The translations under genes were made by a program, and so were the position numbers. From an uncultured Alistipes sp. (GTDB taxonomy: Bacteria; Bacteroidota; Bacteroidia; Bacteroidales; Rikenellaceae): 64,000 bases of DNA. The stretch covers positions 5,341 through 69,340 of the forward strand of contig CALUKK010000100.1 of NCBI GenBank assembly GCA_944321205.1, given 5' to 3'. The notes beneath the pieces were generated by a model. It did no database searches and was not told the DNA's origin. It saw only the letters and a list, made by a program, of their open reading frames with translations. Below, piece after piece: positions 1 to 10,000 of this stretch. Positions within the stretch are counted from its first letter, which is position 1. The number at the start of each line of letters is the position of its first letter.

Positions 1-2186
1 AGTTTCCAGCCGTTGAAGTCGCCCGTCACGGCAATCGAAAGCGTCTCCTCGCTCCAGGTTCCGGTCGTCAGATCGGCCGTCACGCGGTGCAGTCCCAGCG
101 TGTTGAACCAGGCCATGTCCGTACCCGAGGGATCCAGGGTATACTGCGTATCACTCAAGACTCCATACACCGTCCCGGCCCCGGGCGTCTCCGAATCCCC
201 GAAGACAAAATTAACATACGGTTTGTCATTCCACGAACTCGGCGTGGAAATATAGCCGACGTAGGTACCCTGGTTTTCTCCGGGAAGCATCCGCGAGGCC
301 ACCCCCGAGAAACTGCTGACCGACCAACAATAGTAGGCATAGAGATTCTCGGGATATTCGGGGGCAGGTTCCTCGCCTCCCCCGTCGGCCGTGAGCGTGT
401 AGGAGAGGTTCTCCGGATCGTTCAGGTCGACCGTCAGACGGTAGCTCTTGCCCGCTTCGAGCCCGGCGGGCAGGAACTCGCTGCCCTGGCTCGACGTGCT
501 GAACTCGAGCCGCCCGTCCAGATCCGAATCCTTGTAGCAGCGGTTCGAGTCGTCGTTGAGCAGCAGGTAGAAGCCCGAGCCCCAATCCTCGGCCTGGAGG
601 GTGGCCGTCCAGGTGCGGGATGCCACATTGAAGGTCATCTCGTTGGCGTTCAGCTTGTATTCGTTGAAGGATCCGAGCACCTCAAGCGACGTGACGGGTT
701 CGCAACTCCAGGTCCGTTCGTTGAAATCCACCGTAAGATGGCAATAGGCTCCCGTTTCGCTGTCGTGCCAGATCGCGTACATGTCCTCGCCCGTATAGAG
801 GCGGTAAAGACCCTCAGAGACGGGTGCCGTACCGTAGATCTTCGCCGTCGACGGATCCTCCGTATCGCCGAGTTTGAAATTGTGCCACCCTTCGAGATAG
901 AAGAAGCCTTCGTAAATGCCGTTGCCCGTTGACAGAAGCGTTCCGGCTACCGTCGTTGGTTTCTCGGCGTCATCAATATCGTAAATGTAGACCTTGTCGC
1001 CCGTCGGTACCGCATAGTCGGGATCCTCCGGCCACTGGTCCTCCTCTTCGTCACCGCCACCGTCACCACCGACTTCGACTTCGCCCTCGGCCAGCATCAG
1101 TGTCTGGTTCGTAATGTCAAGCAGCACCGTATAGGTCCCGGCCGCACCGGCCACAAGACCCGATGCCGAAGAGCCGTTGACTACGGTGAACGCTCCGTCG
1201 GTCCCCGTCACCAGTGAAAGCGTCCGATCCACAGGGACAGAACCTTTCGTCGCTCCCGTCGACTGGTTGTAGAGTTGGCCTGCCTGGGCCAGATCGACCG
1301 CCGCATTGTCGCTTGTCGTGGTCAACACGCAGCTCCAGGTATTCTGCGCCTTATGGTAGGTCATTGCGAGGGATTCGCCTCCAACCTGGACAGAGGGGGC
1401 CGAGAGATAGGTGGCCGTCCACTCGGCGGCCGAGGTGCTCATCGTCACGTAATAACAGCCCGTCGATTGGGGGAACCAGCAGTTCCAGTCTACCAGATTG
1501 GTGGTCGTCTGCAAGGCAAAGGCCGTCCCGGAGGAGCCGTCGTTGAGCGTTCCCCAAACCGTATCATCCCCCTCGACGAAATAAAAGTTGAACCACTCCG
1601 TCGAAATCGTTGCCAGTCCGGCATACTCCCCGTCGGAGAGGGCCGGGACCATCGCCACATCCGTGCCGTCGTCCCTCGAACGGAGCGCCACCCGCGACAT
1701 GTCGATGAAATAGGGCGTCACGGTGAACTGCAGCGTATTGCCGTAACGGGGCTCTGCGTTGGCTCCCAACTGAGTCTTCAGCCGCACGTAGAGCGGTGCG
1801 GCCACACCGCCCTCGAAACCCAGACGCGAGACGATCGAGTTGAGTTGCGAAACAGTATACTGTGCCGAAAGCACTCCCGAGGCCATCAAGACCTCGTAAG
1901 GCGCGGCAAAACTCTCCTCGGCGGCAAACTGCAGCGTCTGCGAAACCACATCGTCGGGGATCTGGGCGTTGGGATTGCTCAATACCAGATCGCCCATGGC
2001 ATCCCAGTAGAGCGTCAGGGCCAGGGACTGGGCATGCCCCTTGTCGAGGACAATCTCCGTATCAACCGACCCGATGGTAATGCCCTCCTCACCCGGAAGC
2101 GAGGCCGTCAGCATCTCGCCGTCCTTCGAGCAGGCCGCGGCCAGAAGAAGCGTCAGCGCTCCGATCAAAAAATGTATCCTTTTCAT
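1..2186 (-). CDS. SusE/SusF-like (DUF5114-type) surface glycan-binding lipoprotein, partial (runs off left edge, >=728 aa)
   Basis: Absent from the ORF track because there is no stop in the window. Manual translation from ATG 2186: MKRIHFLIGALTLLLAAAC-SKDGE (lipobox)...ALTLYW...QLNSIVSRLG...LYVRLK...FTVTPYFID...NCWFPQSTGCYYVTM...VTGDFNGWK. Directly downstream of susD. Confidence 0.8.
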   Translation of the reverse strand, partial: MKRIHFLIGALTLLLAAACSKDGEMLTASLPGEEGITIGSVDTEIVLDKGHAQSLALTLYWDAMGDLVLSNPNAQIPDDVVSQTLQFAAEESFAAPYEVLMASGVLSAQYTVSQLNSIVSRLGFEGGVAAPLYVRLKTQLGANAEPRYGNTLQFTVTPYFIDMSRVALRSRDDGTDVAMVPALSDGEYAGLATISTEWFNFYFVEGDDTVWGTLNDGSSGTAFALQTTTNLVDWNCWFPQSTGCYYVTMSTSAAEWTATYLSAPSVQVGGESLAMTYHKAQNTWSCVLTTTSDNAAVDLAQAGQLYNQSTGATKGSVPVDRTLSLVTGTDGAFTVVNGSSASGLVAGAAGTYTVLLDITNQTLMLAEGEVEVGGDGGGDEEEDQWPEDPDYAVPTGDKVYIYDIDDAEKPTTVAGTLLSTGNGIYEGFFYLEGWHNFKLGDTEDPSTAKIYGTAPVSEGLYRLYTGEDMYAIWHDSETGAYCHLTVDFNERTWSCEPVTSLEVLGSFNEYKLNANEMTFNVASRTWTATLQAEDWGSGFYLLLNDDSNRCYKDSDLDGRLEFSTSSQGSEFLPAGLEAGKSYRLTVDLNDPENLSYTLTADGGGEEPAPEYPENLYAYYCWSVSSFSGVASRMLPGENQGTYVGYISTPSSWNDKPYVNFVFGDSETPGAGTVYGVLSDTQYTLDPSGTDMAWFNTLGLHRVTADLTTGTWSEETLSIAVTGDFNGWK

Positions 2187-2204
2187 GATTGAATCGTTCA
2201 TTGG

Positions 2205-3857
2205 TTAGTATCCTAATTCGGCATTGACGGCCTGCAGCTCCGGATTGGCCGAGAGTTCGGCCTCGGGAATCGGGAGATAGGCATATTTCGGATCGACGTC
2301 GCGACCCTCCTGCGTACCGCCCTTCCACTGCCACCGGTAGCCGGAGGTGTAGCGCCCGAAACGGATCAGATCCGTACGGCGCTGACACTCCATGTAGAAT
2401 TCGCGCAACCGCTCGTCGCAGAGGAAGTCGAGCGTGAGGTCCGCATCGGAGATATTACCCGTCTGCTCGCCACCATAGGCCCGGGTCCGCACCAGATTCA
2501 CCAGATTCAGCGCTTCGGCCCGTGTGGCGCCCTCGCCGCCCCGGACAACGGCCTCGGCCAGCATCAGATAGACGTCCGCCAGACGGAAGACCGGGAAATC
2601 GGTATTCGCACCGCCGCCGTCGCTGCACACGCTGGCACTCTCGCCGGCATCCGTAAGGTTCGTCCACTTGCAGACGCGCCAGCCCGTCGTCACGTCGTCA
2701 TGCGTGGCGATATCCTTCTCGCGGTCGCGGTAGACGTACTCCGTATCGCCGGCCTTCTCGGAATAGCCTTCAGCGGCATAGGTCTCACGGTCGGCATAGG
2801 GCTGACGGTCGTAGCTGATGAAGAGCGCCCGTTTGTCACCGGCCTCAAAGCGATCGACCAGATCGGGACGGGCCCGCAGGCAGTCCCAGGCTCCGGAGTC
2901 CTTCGTACCGTAGACCTTCTCGTAATCGGCGAAGTTCTGAAGTACCGAACCACAGGTAATGAAGGTCGTGGCATCCCACGTCGTCGTACGGGTTCCATCG
3001 CAGGCCAGGGCGAAGATGATCTCGTTGGTGCGCAGATGGTTGTCGCCATTGAAGAGCTTTGCGTAATCGCTCTCCAGCGTATAGCCATCCTCCATCACCT
3101 TGCAGCAGGCCGTGATGCACTCCGTATAGTAGGACTGACCCGTATAGACCTCCCCATTGAGGTAAAGGCGCGCCAGCAGGGCCCAGGCCGCACCGCGGTT
3201 GGCGTGTCCGTAGTTGGTCGCAGGCAGTTCGTCGGCGAACGAGGCGAGCTCGCCGGTCAGGTAGTCGAACATCTGCCGGCGGTCGTAGATCGTCGGAACG
3301 TAGCTCCCGACGGGATCATTCTCCGTGATGAATGACATCCTCGCGTAGAAGTCCAGTGCGTGGGAGTAGGCCCAGGCCCGCAGGAAACGGGCTTCGTTGC
3401 GGCAGGTGACGATCCGGGCCCGGTCGGCCTCGGAGAAGTCGGCGATACGGTCGTCCGAAGCGTTGCGGATCAACTCGTTGCACATGGCCACGATGTTGTA
3501 GATATGGTAATACATGGCCGAAACCCAGGGGTCGCCGGCACTCCACGAAAGATTGTTGATGTCGGTCAGACTCTCACCGGCCAGCCACACGTCGTCCAGC
3601 GCATCGGTCGAACAGTCCGGGAACATCCACAGCACCCGCAGGTAGTTCTGGCTGCGGTCCTCCGACGAAACGCTGCTGATGCGCTGGATCATCGCGGCAT
3701 AGATCCCCGAAAGAACTGCCTGGTAGTTGTCGGCGCTCGTATAGACATCCTTTGACGTGGTGTCGGTATGCGGATACTGGTCCAGATCGCCCACGCAGGA
3801 GGTCGCACCGCCCAGCAATGCGGCGCAAAGAGCCACGGTATGAAATATTCGTTTCAT
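2205..3857 (-). CDS. susD: SusD/RagB family lipoprotein
   Basis: Lipobox ATSC; EARFLRAWAY, AWALLARLYLN, FRLADVYLMLAEA, ERLREFYMECQRRTDLIRFG, LPIPEAEL. Start 3857 (alternative 3866). Confidence 0.95.
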   Translation of the reverse strand: MKRIFHTVALCAALLGGATSCVGDLDQYPHTDTTSKDVYTSADNYQAVLSGIYAAMIQRISSVSSEDRSQNYLRVLWMFPDCSTDALDDVWLAGESLTDINNLSWSAGDPWVSAMYYHIYNIVAMCNELIRNASDDRIADFSEADRARIVTCRNEARFLRAWAYSHALDFYARMSFITENDPVGSYVPTIYDRRQMFDYLTGELASFADELPATNYGHANRGAAWALLARLYLNGEVYTGQSYYTECITACCKVMEDGYTLESDYAKLFNGDNHLRTNEIIFALACDGTRTTTWDATTFITCGSVLQNFADYEKVYGTKDSGAWDCLRARPDLVDRFEAGDKRALFISYDRQPYADRETYAAEGYSEKAGDTEYVYRDREKDIATHDDVTTGWRVCKWTNLTDAGESASVCSDGGGANTDFPVFRLADVYLMLAEAVVRGGEGATRAEALNLVNLVRTRAYGGEQTGNISDADLTLDFLCDERLREFYMECQRRTDLIRFGRYTSGYRWQWKGGTQEGRDVDPKYAYLPIPEAELSANPELQAVNAELGY

Positions 3858-3870
3858 GATTGTCATCGGT

Positions 3871-6849
3871 TTAGAAGGTAAGGCCCACGCTCAGCGAGAA
3901 GATCCGCGGCCGGGGATAGAAATTCTGGTCGATACCGCCCGAAATCTCGGGATCGACACCCGTATAGTTGGTGATGGTGAAGACGTTCTGGACCATGAAC
4001 GAGAGGTTCAGACCCACCGTATCGTGGAACAGACGCCCGAAGTCATAGCCGAGGATCAGGTTGTCCATCTTCAGGAACGAGGCATTCTCGACGTAGTAGT
4101 CGGAGTAGATCTGCCGGGTTTTGAAGCCCGTTTTCAGATAGCTCGTCGAGAGGTTGTAGAGCTGATCGACGGCATATTTCATCGTCTCCAGAGCTCCGTT
4201 GTTGGCCGCCGTGGCGTTGTAGGCGTAGTTGCCCAGGCTGGCACGCAGCGACGTGGAGAGCGTCAGCCGCTTCCAGCGCAGCGACGTGCTGAAGCCCAGC
4301 AGGAAGTCCGGCGACGGCGAGTGGTAGAAGTAGCGGTCGTTGATGTTGATCTGTCCGTCACCGTTCAGGTCGGCATAGACCCCCTCGAGCGGCCGGCCGC
4401 TTTCGTCATAGACCTGCTTGTAGACATAGAAGGCATAGGGAGTATGCCCCACGGCGAAGGCCTGCACCTGCTTGGCGTCGATCTCGGCGCCGACAAGCGT
4501 CGGGGCAACCTCGGCACCCTCGATCAACGAAAGATTCGTGATGTCGACCTGCTGCCAGGTGAGGTTGGCCGAAAGATTCCACGTCCAGTCCTTCGTGTCG
4601 ACGGGAACGGCATTGAGGTTGAACTCCACGCCCTTGCTGTCGACGTTGCCGACATTGGTGGTGATCGTCCGCGAGAAGTTCGTACCGGCGGCCGCGGGAA
4701 CCGTGGCCAGCAGATCGCACGTCTGCCGCGTATAATAGTCGAGGCTACCCGACAGCCGGTTGTTGAAAAAGCCGAAATCAAAACCGAAATCCCACGAACG
4801 GGTGGTCTCCCACGTCAGATTGGAGACATACGCCCCCGGTTGCAGATAACTGCCGTAATTGCCGTAACCCCCGATGATATATTGGGAATTGGTCCCCGTC
4901 GAAGGATAATAGACTGGCAGATAATTATAGTTGCCGACGCCCTCCTGCTGTCCCGTCACGCCGTACGAGGCCCGGAGCTTGAGGTCACTGACCCATTGGC
5001 TCTGGCGCAGGAACGACTCCTGCGACAGACGCCAGGCCAGGGCCACCGACGGGAAGGTACCCCAGCGCTGATCCTTGGCAAAACGCGACGAGGCGTCGCG
5101 ACGCACGGTGGCCGTCAGCAGGTAGCGCGAATCGTACGAGTAGTTCAGACGTCCGTAATAGGAGAGCAGCACGTGACGCTGGTCATCGGCCTTCCACGCC
5201 GAATTGAGGCTCTCACCGGCGGCGTTGTAGCTGTCACCGGCGGCCGTCGTGGCCTTCCAGAACTGGTAGTCGTAGCCGAACGTGGCGTCGATGCGCGAAC
5301 GGATCGAGGCGATCTCCTTGTTGTAGTTCAGGTAGGCCGTGAAGAGGCGGTTGACACTCTTGTTCGGCCCCACGGGCGTGTAGAGGCCTCCCGTACGGTA
5401 GTTCGACGCAGCCTCGGCCGGTACGAAGTTCGTGCTCTTGCCCGTAGCATAATCGTAACCGACGGTCATGTGCAGCTTCAGATCCGGCAGGAAGTGCATC
5501 CGGTAATCCATGTCGAGATTGCCGATAAAACGCTTCACGTTATCGTGATAATCCGTCTGGTTGAGCAGTCCCACGGGGTTTTTCAACGCATTGGGGTTGG
5601 GTTCGCCGTCGGTGATGACCTCCGTATAGCCGCCGAAGGCGTCGTTGCCCGAATAGATCGGTTGCGTGGGATCCCCCACCGTAGCGTTGTAGATGGCCGA
5701 CGAGGCCGGAGCATAACGGTTGCGGTTGATCGCCCCCTTGGCACTGATGTTGAACTTCAGGTAGTCGTCGAAGAACGACGGGCTCAGCGTCACATTCCCC
5801 GTATAACGGGTGGCGTTGTCCGTGAGGACGATACCGTCCTGGTCATAGTAACCCACCGACACGCGGAAGGGAAAGTGCGGCGTGAAACGCCCCGCCACAC
5901 TCAGATTGTTGTCCGTACCGAAGGCCGTACGGTAGATCGCATCGTTCCAGTCGGTATGGGCGTCGCCCAGCAGATCGCCCGCTCCGATCGAACGGGCCGT
6001 CGTCACGAAATCATCGTAGGAGAGCATCTCCGCCGTCCGGGTCCGTTGCTGCAGCGAGAGAGTCGTCGAAAAGTTGATCTTCAGACGATCGCTTCCGGAA
6101 CCCTTCTTCGTGGTGATCATGATAACGCCGTTCGATCCCCGGGAACCATAGATCGCAGCGGAAGAAGCATCCTTCAACACGGTCATCGATTCAATATCAT
6201 TGGGGTTGATCAGGCTCAGAAGATTGACATCCATGCCGTTCATGCCACCCAACTCAAGCGGCACCCCATCAAGCACAATCAAAGGATCGTTCGCCGCGGC
6301 ATTCGAAGCGTTGAGCGACGCGCCGCCACGGATGCGGATCGTACTGCCCGAGGTCGGAGAACCGCCCCCCGAGAGGATCTGCACACCCGAGACCTTGCCG
6401 TTGATCAACTGCTCGGGAGACGAGATCAGTCCTCCGTTGAACTCCTCGCTGCTGACGGCAGCCACCGAGCCCGTCAGATCCTTCTTCGTCACCGAGCCGT
6501 AACCGATCACCACCACGTCGCCGATGGCCTGGGCGTCGGGTTGCAGCGTCACGTCGACAGTTGTCCGGGCTCCGACGACAACCTCCTGCGTACCATAACC
6601 GACGTAGGAGAACTGCAACGTCGCCGAAGGGGTCACCTTCAGTTCGTAATTGCCGTCCAGATCCGTAGTCACCCCGTTTGTGGTGCCCTTCACGACGATC
6701 GTCACGCCCAACAGGGGAGCGCCGGATTCGTCCGTGACCTTTCCTTTCACCGTGTGCGGAGCCTCCTGCGCCACAAGCGGCCCCGACCCCGCAAGGATCA
6801 GACCCGCCGTTGCAAGAAGCACCGTCGCTTTCAGAAACAGTCTTCTCAT
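3871..6849 (-). CDS. susC: SusC/RagA TonB-dependent transporter
   Basis: N-terminal carboxypeptidase-like extension, DVVVIGYG, INPNDIESMTVLKDASSAAIYGSRGSNGVIMITTKKG, C-terminal F. Confidence 0.97.
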   Translation of the reverse strand: MRRLFLKATVLLATAGLILAGSGPLVAQEAPHTVKGKVTDESGAPLLGVTIVVKGTTNGVTTDLDGNYELKVTPSATLQFSYVGYGTQEVVVGARTTVDVTLQPDAQAIGDVVVIGYGSVTKKDLTGSVAAVSSEEFNGGLISSPEQLINGKVSGVQILSGGGSPTSGSTIRIRGGASLNASNAAANDPLIVLDGVPLELGGMNGMDVNLLSLINPNDIESMTVLKDASSAAIYGSRGSNGVIMITTKKGSGSDRLKINFSTTLSLQQRTRTAEMLSYDDFVTTARSIGAGDLLGDAHTDWNDAIYRTAFGTDNNLSVAGRFTPHFPFRVSVGYYDQDGIVLTDNATRYTGNVTLSPSFFDDYLKFNISAKGAINRNRYAPASSAIYNATVGDPTQPIYSGNDAFGGYTEVITDGEPNPNALKNPVGLLNQTDYHDNVKRFIGNLDMDYRMHFLPDLKLHMTVGYDYATGKSTNFVPAEAASNYRTGGLYTPVGPNKSVNRLFTAYLNYNKEIASIRSRIDATFGYDYQFWKATTAAGDSYNAAGESLNSAWKADDQRHVLLSYYGRLNYSYDSRYLLTATVRRDASSRFAKDQRWGTFPSVALAWRLSQESFLRQSQWVSDLKLRASYGVTGQQEGVGNYNYLPVYYPSTGTNSQYIIGGYGNYGSYLQPGAYVSNLTWETTRSWDFGFDFGFFNNRLSGSLDYYTRQTCDLLATVPAAAGTNFSRTITTNVGNVDSKGVEFNLNAVPVDTKDWTWNLSANLTWQQVDITNLSLIEGAEVAPTLVGAEIDAKQVQAFAVGHTPYAFYVYKQVYDESGRPLEGVYADLNGDGQININDRYFYHSPSPDFLLGFSTSLRWKRLTLSTSLRASLGNYAYNATAANNGALETMKYAVDQLYNLSTSYLKTGFKTRQIYSDYYVENASFLKMDNLILGYDFGRLFHDTVGLNLSFMVQNVFTITNYTGVDPEISGGIDQNFYPRPRIFSLSVGLTF

Positions 6850-6944
6850 AGGTTCTATAGGTTAGTTTTACAAATCGTCCCGTTTTCCAGCCTGCGGTCC
6901 GCGCACCGAGCCCTCGGTCCGGAGGTTGGCGATTTCAGGTACCG

Positions 6945-6952
6945 CAAAATTA
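6945..6952 (-). promoter_or_regulatory. Bacteroidota sigmaA -7 element (TAATTTTG) for the susC operon
   Basis: caaaatta on + strand, about 100 bp upstream of the susC ATG; matches TAnnTTTG. Confidence 0.6.
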
Positions 6953-6981
6953 CCGCTCTTCGGCACTGTCCGTTGCAACAG

Positions 6982-7010
6982 ATCGGACATCTTGTATGCG
7001 GAATCGGACA
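6982..7010. promoter_or_regulatory. Putative HTCS operator: ATCGGACA direct repeat, 21-bp period
   Basis: Exact 8-mers at 6982-6989 and 7003-7010, just upstream of the susC promoter; imperfect inverted copy TGTCCGTT at 6967-6974. Confidence 0.55.
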
Positions 7011-7011
7011 A

Positions 7012-7043
7012 TTTGGCGGTTAACGGGCAAAATCGTATCTTTG
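7012..7043 (+). promoter_or_regulatory. Bacteroidota sigmaA promoter (-33 TTTG / -7 TATCTTTG) for HTCS
   Basis: TTTG 7012-7015 and TATCTTTG 7036-7043 with a 20-nt spacer; supports an HTCS start at 7059/7065 rather than 6996. Confidence 0.65.
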
Positions 7044-7058
7044 TTGAAACGTCTTCCC

Positions 7059-10000
7059 ATGGTCATGAGACTCCGCATCGCCTTTCTGTGGCTGATTCTG
7101 TGGGGAGGGGTCACCCGCCTCTCCGCCCAACCTTCCGTGCCGGGGCACTTCTTCCAGATGCCCCGCATCGACGGACGCATGTCTTCGGTCTTCACCCTGA
7201 CGCAGGATCGCGACCACTTCATCTGGCTCGGAACCGACAACGGCCTGGTCCGTTATGACGGGCACCGGTTCGAAACGTTCCGCCACGACGAAACCGACTC
7301 GACCTCGCTGTGCAACGATCTGGTCAACACGCTGCTCTACGAAGACGAAACCGAATGTCTGGTCATCGGCACCGACCGCGGAGCCTCGCTCTACGACCTC
7401 AACACCAACCGCTTCCGGAGACTGCACGAGGTCGGAGACCGCCACGTGAAGGCCTTTCTCCGGACCGGGGACTCCCTCTGGGTCGGCACGACATCCGGAC
7501 TGCTGCTGCTCGACCGACAGGCGGGAGGTGCCGTACGCTACGCGGCCGACAACGCCGGGCTTCCGTCGGAACATATCGCCTGCTGCCGGAAGATCCGCGG
7601 AGAGATCTGGTTCGGGGCCTACGACCACCTCTACCGGCTGACGGCCCCGGGCCGTTTCGAGATCCATCCGCTGCCGGGCACCCTCGGCCCGGGCCACACG
7701 CTGTTGCTCGACATCGCCGAAGATCGGAGCCATCCCGGGCAGCTCTGGCTCGGAACCGAACGCGGACTGATCCACTACGACCCCGAGACCCGCCAGTCGA
7801 AGAGGTTGTTGAACAACACACCGGTAAAGAATTTCCTCTATCTGGACGACGGAACCCTCTGGATCGGGACCGACAACGGACTCTACGTCAAGGATCCGCA
7901 GGGCGGCTTCATGCAGTTCCGCCACGAAGTGGAGAACAACGGCTCGCTCTCGAACAACGTCATCTGGTCCATATTCCCCGACGAACGCAACGACATCTGG
8001 CTCGGAACCGATCACGGCGTGACCATCGCAACGGCCGGATCCGACTATACGTTTCACAGCCTGCGCCGCATCACCGGCGAGGATGACGGGCTCGACGTAC
8101 GGATCATCTGCAGCGACCCCCGGGGCACCTTGTGGCTCGGAGGCATGAACGGGCTGATCGCCTATGACAAAAGCCGCGGACGGCACACCTGGTACCGCTC
8201 CGACAGCGGCGCCGAAGGACACCGCCTCGCCCATAACAAGGTCCGGGGGCTGCTCCCCGACGAGCGCTCGCTCTGGATCACGACGGACGGAGGGCTCGAC
8301 CGTTACGACTATGCCACGGGGCAGATCCGCCATTTCCGCATCACGGAGTCCTCGGGGCACTATCTCTCCAACTGGATGTATGCACTCCGCGAGGATCGCC
8401 TCGGACGCCTCTGGATCGGGACCTACGACGGAGGGCTGTTCGTTGTCGACAAAAAACACCTCTCCGGAAACGGCGGTACGGTAACGGCCGACCTTCACTT
8501 CTCGCGACGATCCCGACCGGCCATCTCCGGAGATATCGTCCTTCAGCTGGCCCTCTCCGAGGAGTTCTGCGTCGCCATCACCGACTCCGGCATGGAGATC
8601 ATCGATTTCGATTCGCTGTACGTCACGCCCCTGCGGCTTCCCGGCCACAAGAATCCCCTGACCATCTCCGACAACGGATCGCAGATCTGGATCGGAGCCG
8701 AAGACGGCATCTATCAAATGGATGCCGACCGGAAACTGTCGCACATCACAGGTTTCTCACGCCCCGTACAATCGATCCTGCCGCAGGGTGACCGGCTGTA
8801 CGTATTGAGCGGTTCGGGACTTTCATGCTACGATCTGGTCCGTGACAAATGGTCGCACCGCCCGATCGACGAAAATCCGCTGCTCTGCGGCACGACCGAC
8901 GGCAAGAGGCTCTATTTCGGATCGGTGGACGGATACTTCGAGTTCGAAAGGTTCGATCCGCAACCCCCTTCCGACAAGGTCCGGGTAGCCATCACCTCGC
9001 TGCTGCTCGACAACCGCCCCGTGGAGGTCGGCGAACGCTACGGCGGCGAAGTGATTCTTTCCCGGAGCATCACCCGGACCCGCCGTATCACCCTTTCGCA
9101 CGCACAGAACTCCTTCGCCGTGGAGTTCTCCTCGTTCCGTTTCAGCGACTCCGAGGAGCACTTCACCTATCGGCTCCAGGGCTTCGATGAAAAATGGCAA
9201 CAAACGACCGGAAACCGCGCCGTCTTCATCAACATCCCCGCAGGAGAGTATCGCTTCGAGGTCTGCCAAGCCCGCCCGGACGGAAACCCCTCACCGGAAA
9301 CCACGGCGCTGGAGATCCGCATCCGCCCCGTGTGGTATGCCACGACCGGAGCCTTTCTCTTCTATGGAGCGCTCCTCGCCGGACTGGCATTCTGGGTCGT
9401 CTATTCGGTACGCATGCGCCACCAGCTGCAACTCGAACACATGGAGCGCGAAAAGACCCTCAAGCTGGTCCGGATGAAGACGGAGTTCTTCGCCAACCTT
9501 TCCCACGAATTCAAAAGCCCGCTCAGCATCATCATCGGACTGACCGGACGCATGATCGCTTCGGAGGCCGATGCCCTGCGCAGCCGCGAACTGCAATCCG
9601 TACGCAGCAACGCCGAAAAGATGCACCTGTTGCTCGACCAGATGCTCGACTACAACGACAACAGCGGTTCGTCGCTCTTCATCCCGGCCGCCACCTCGCT
9701 CCAGGAGCTGGCCCGCGAGGTCTTCGACCACTTTGCCCCGGCCTTCGCTCAGAAGGAGATCAGCGCCCGTTTCGTGTCCGAGGAGATCGGGTACATCTTC
9801 ATGCTCGACCGGGTCCGCATGGAGTCTGTTTTCCAGAACCTGCTCTCCAATGCCCTGAAGTTCACGCCCCGAGGCGGCAGCGTGCTGATGTCGGTCAGCA
9901 TCGGGAAGCAGACCTCCGAGATGCTGTATGCCGACATCCGCGTCGAGGACACCGGATGCGGCATCCGCAAGGAGGAGCTGCCCTTCATCTTCAATCAATA

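Noticed and set aside
3856-7023. 1055-aa plus-strand ORF
   Set aside because: Antisense shadow of susC caused by GC-rich codon bias; no recognisable motifs.
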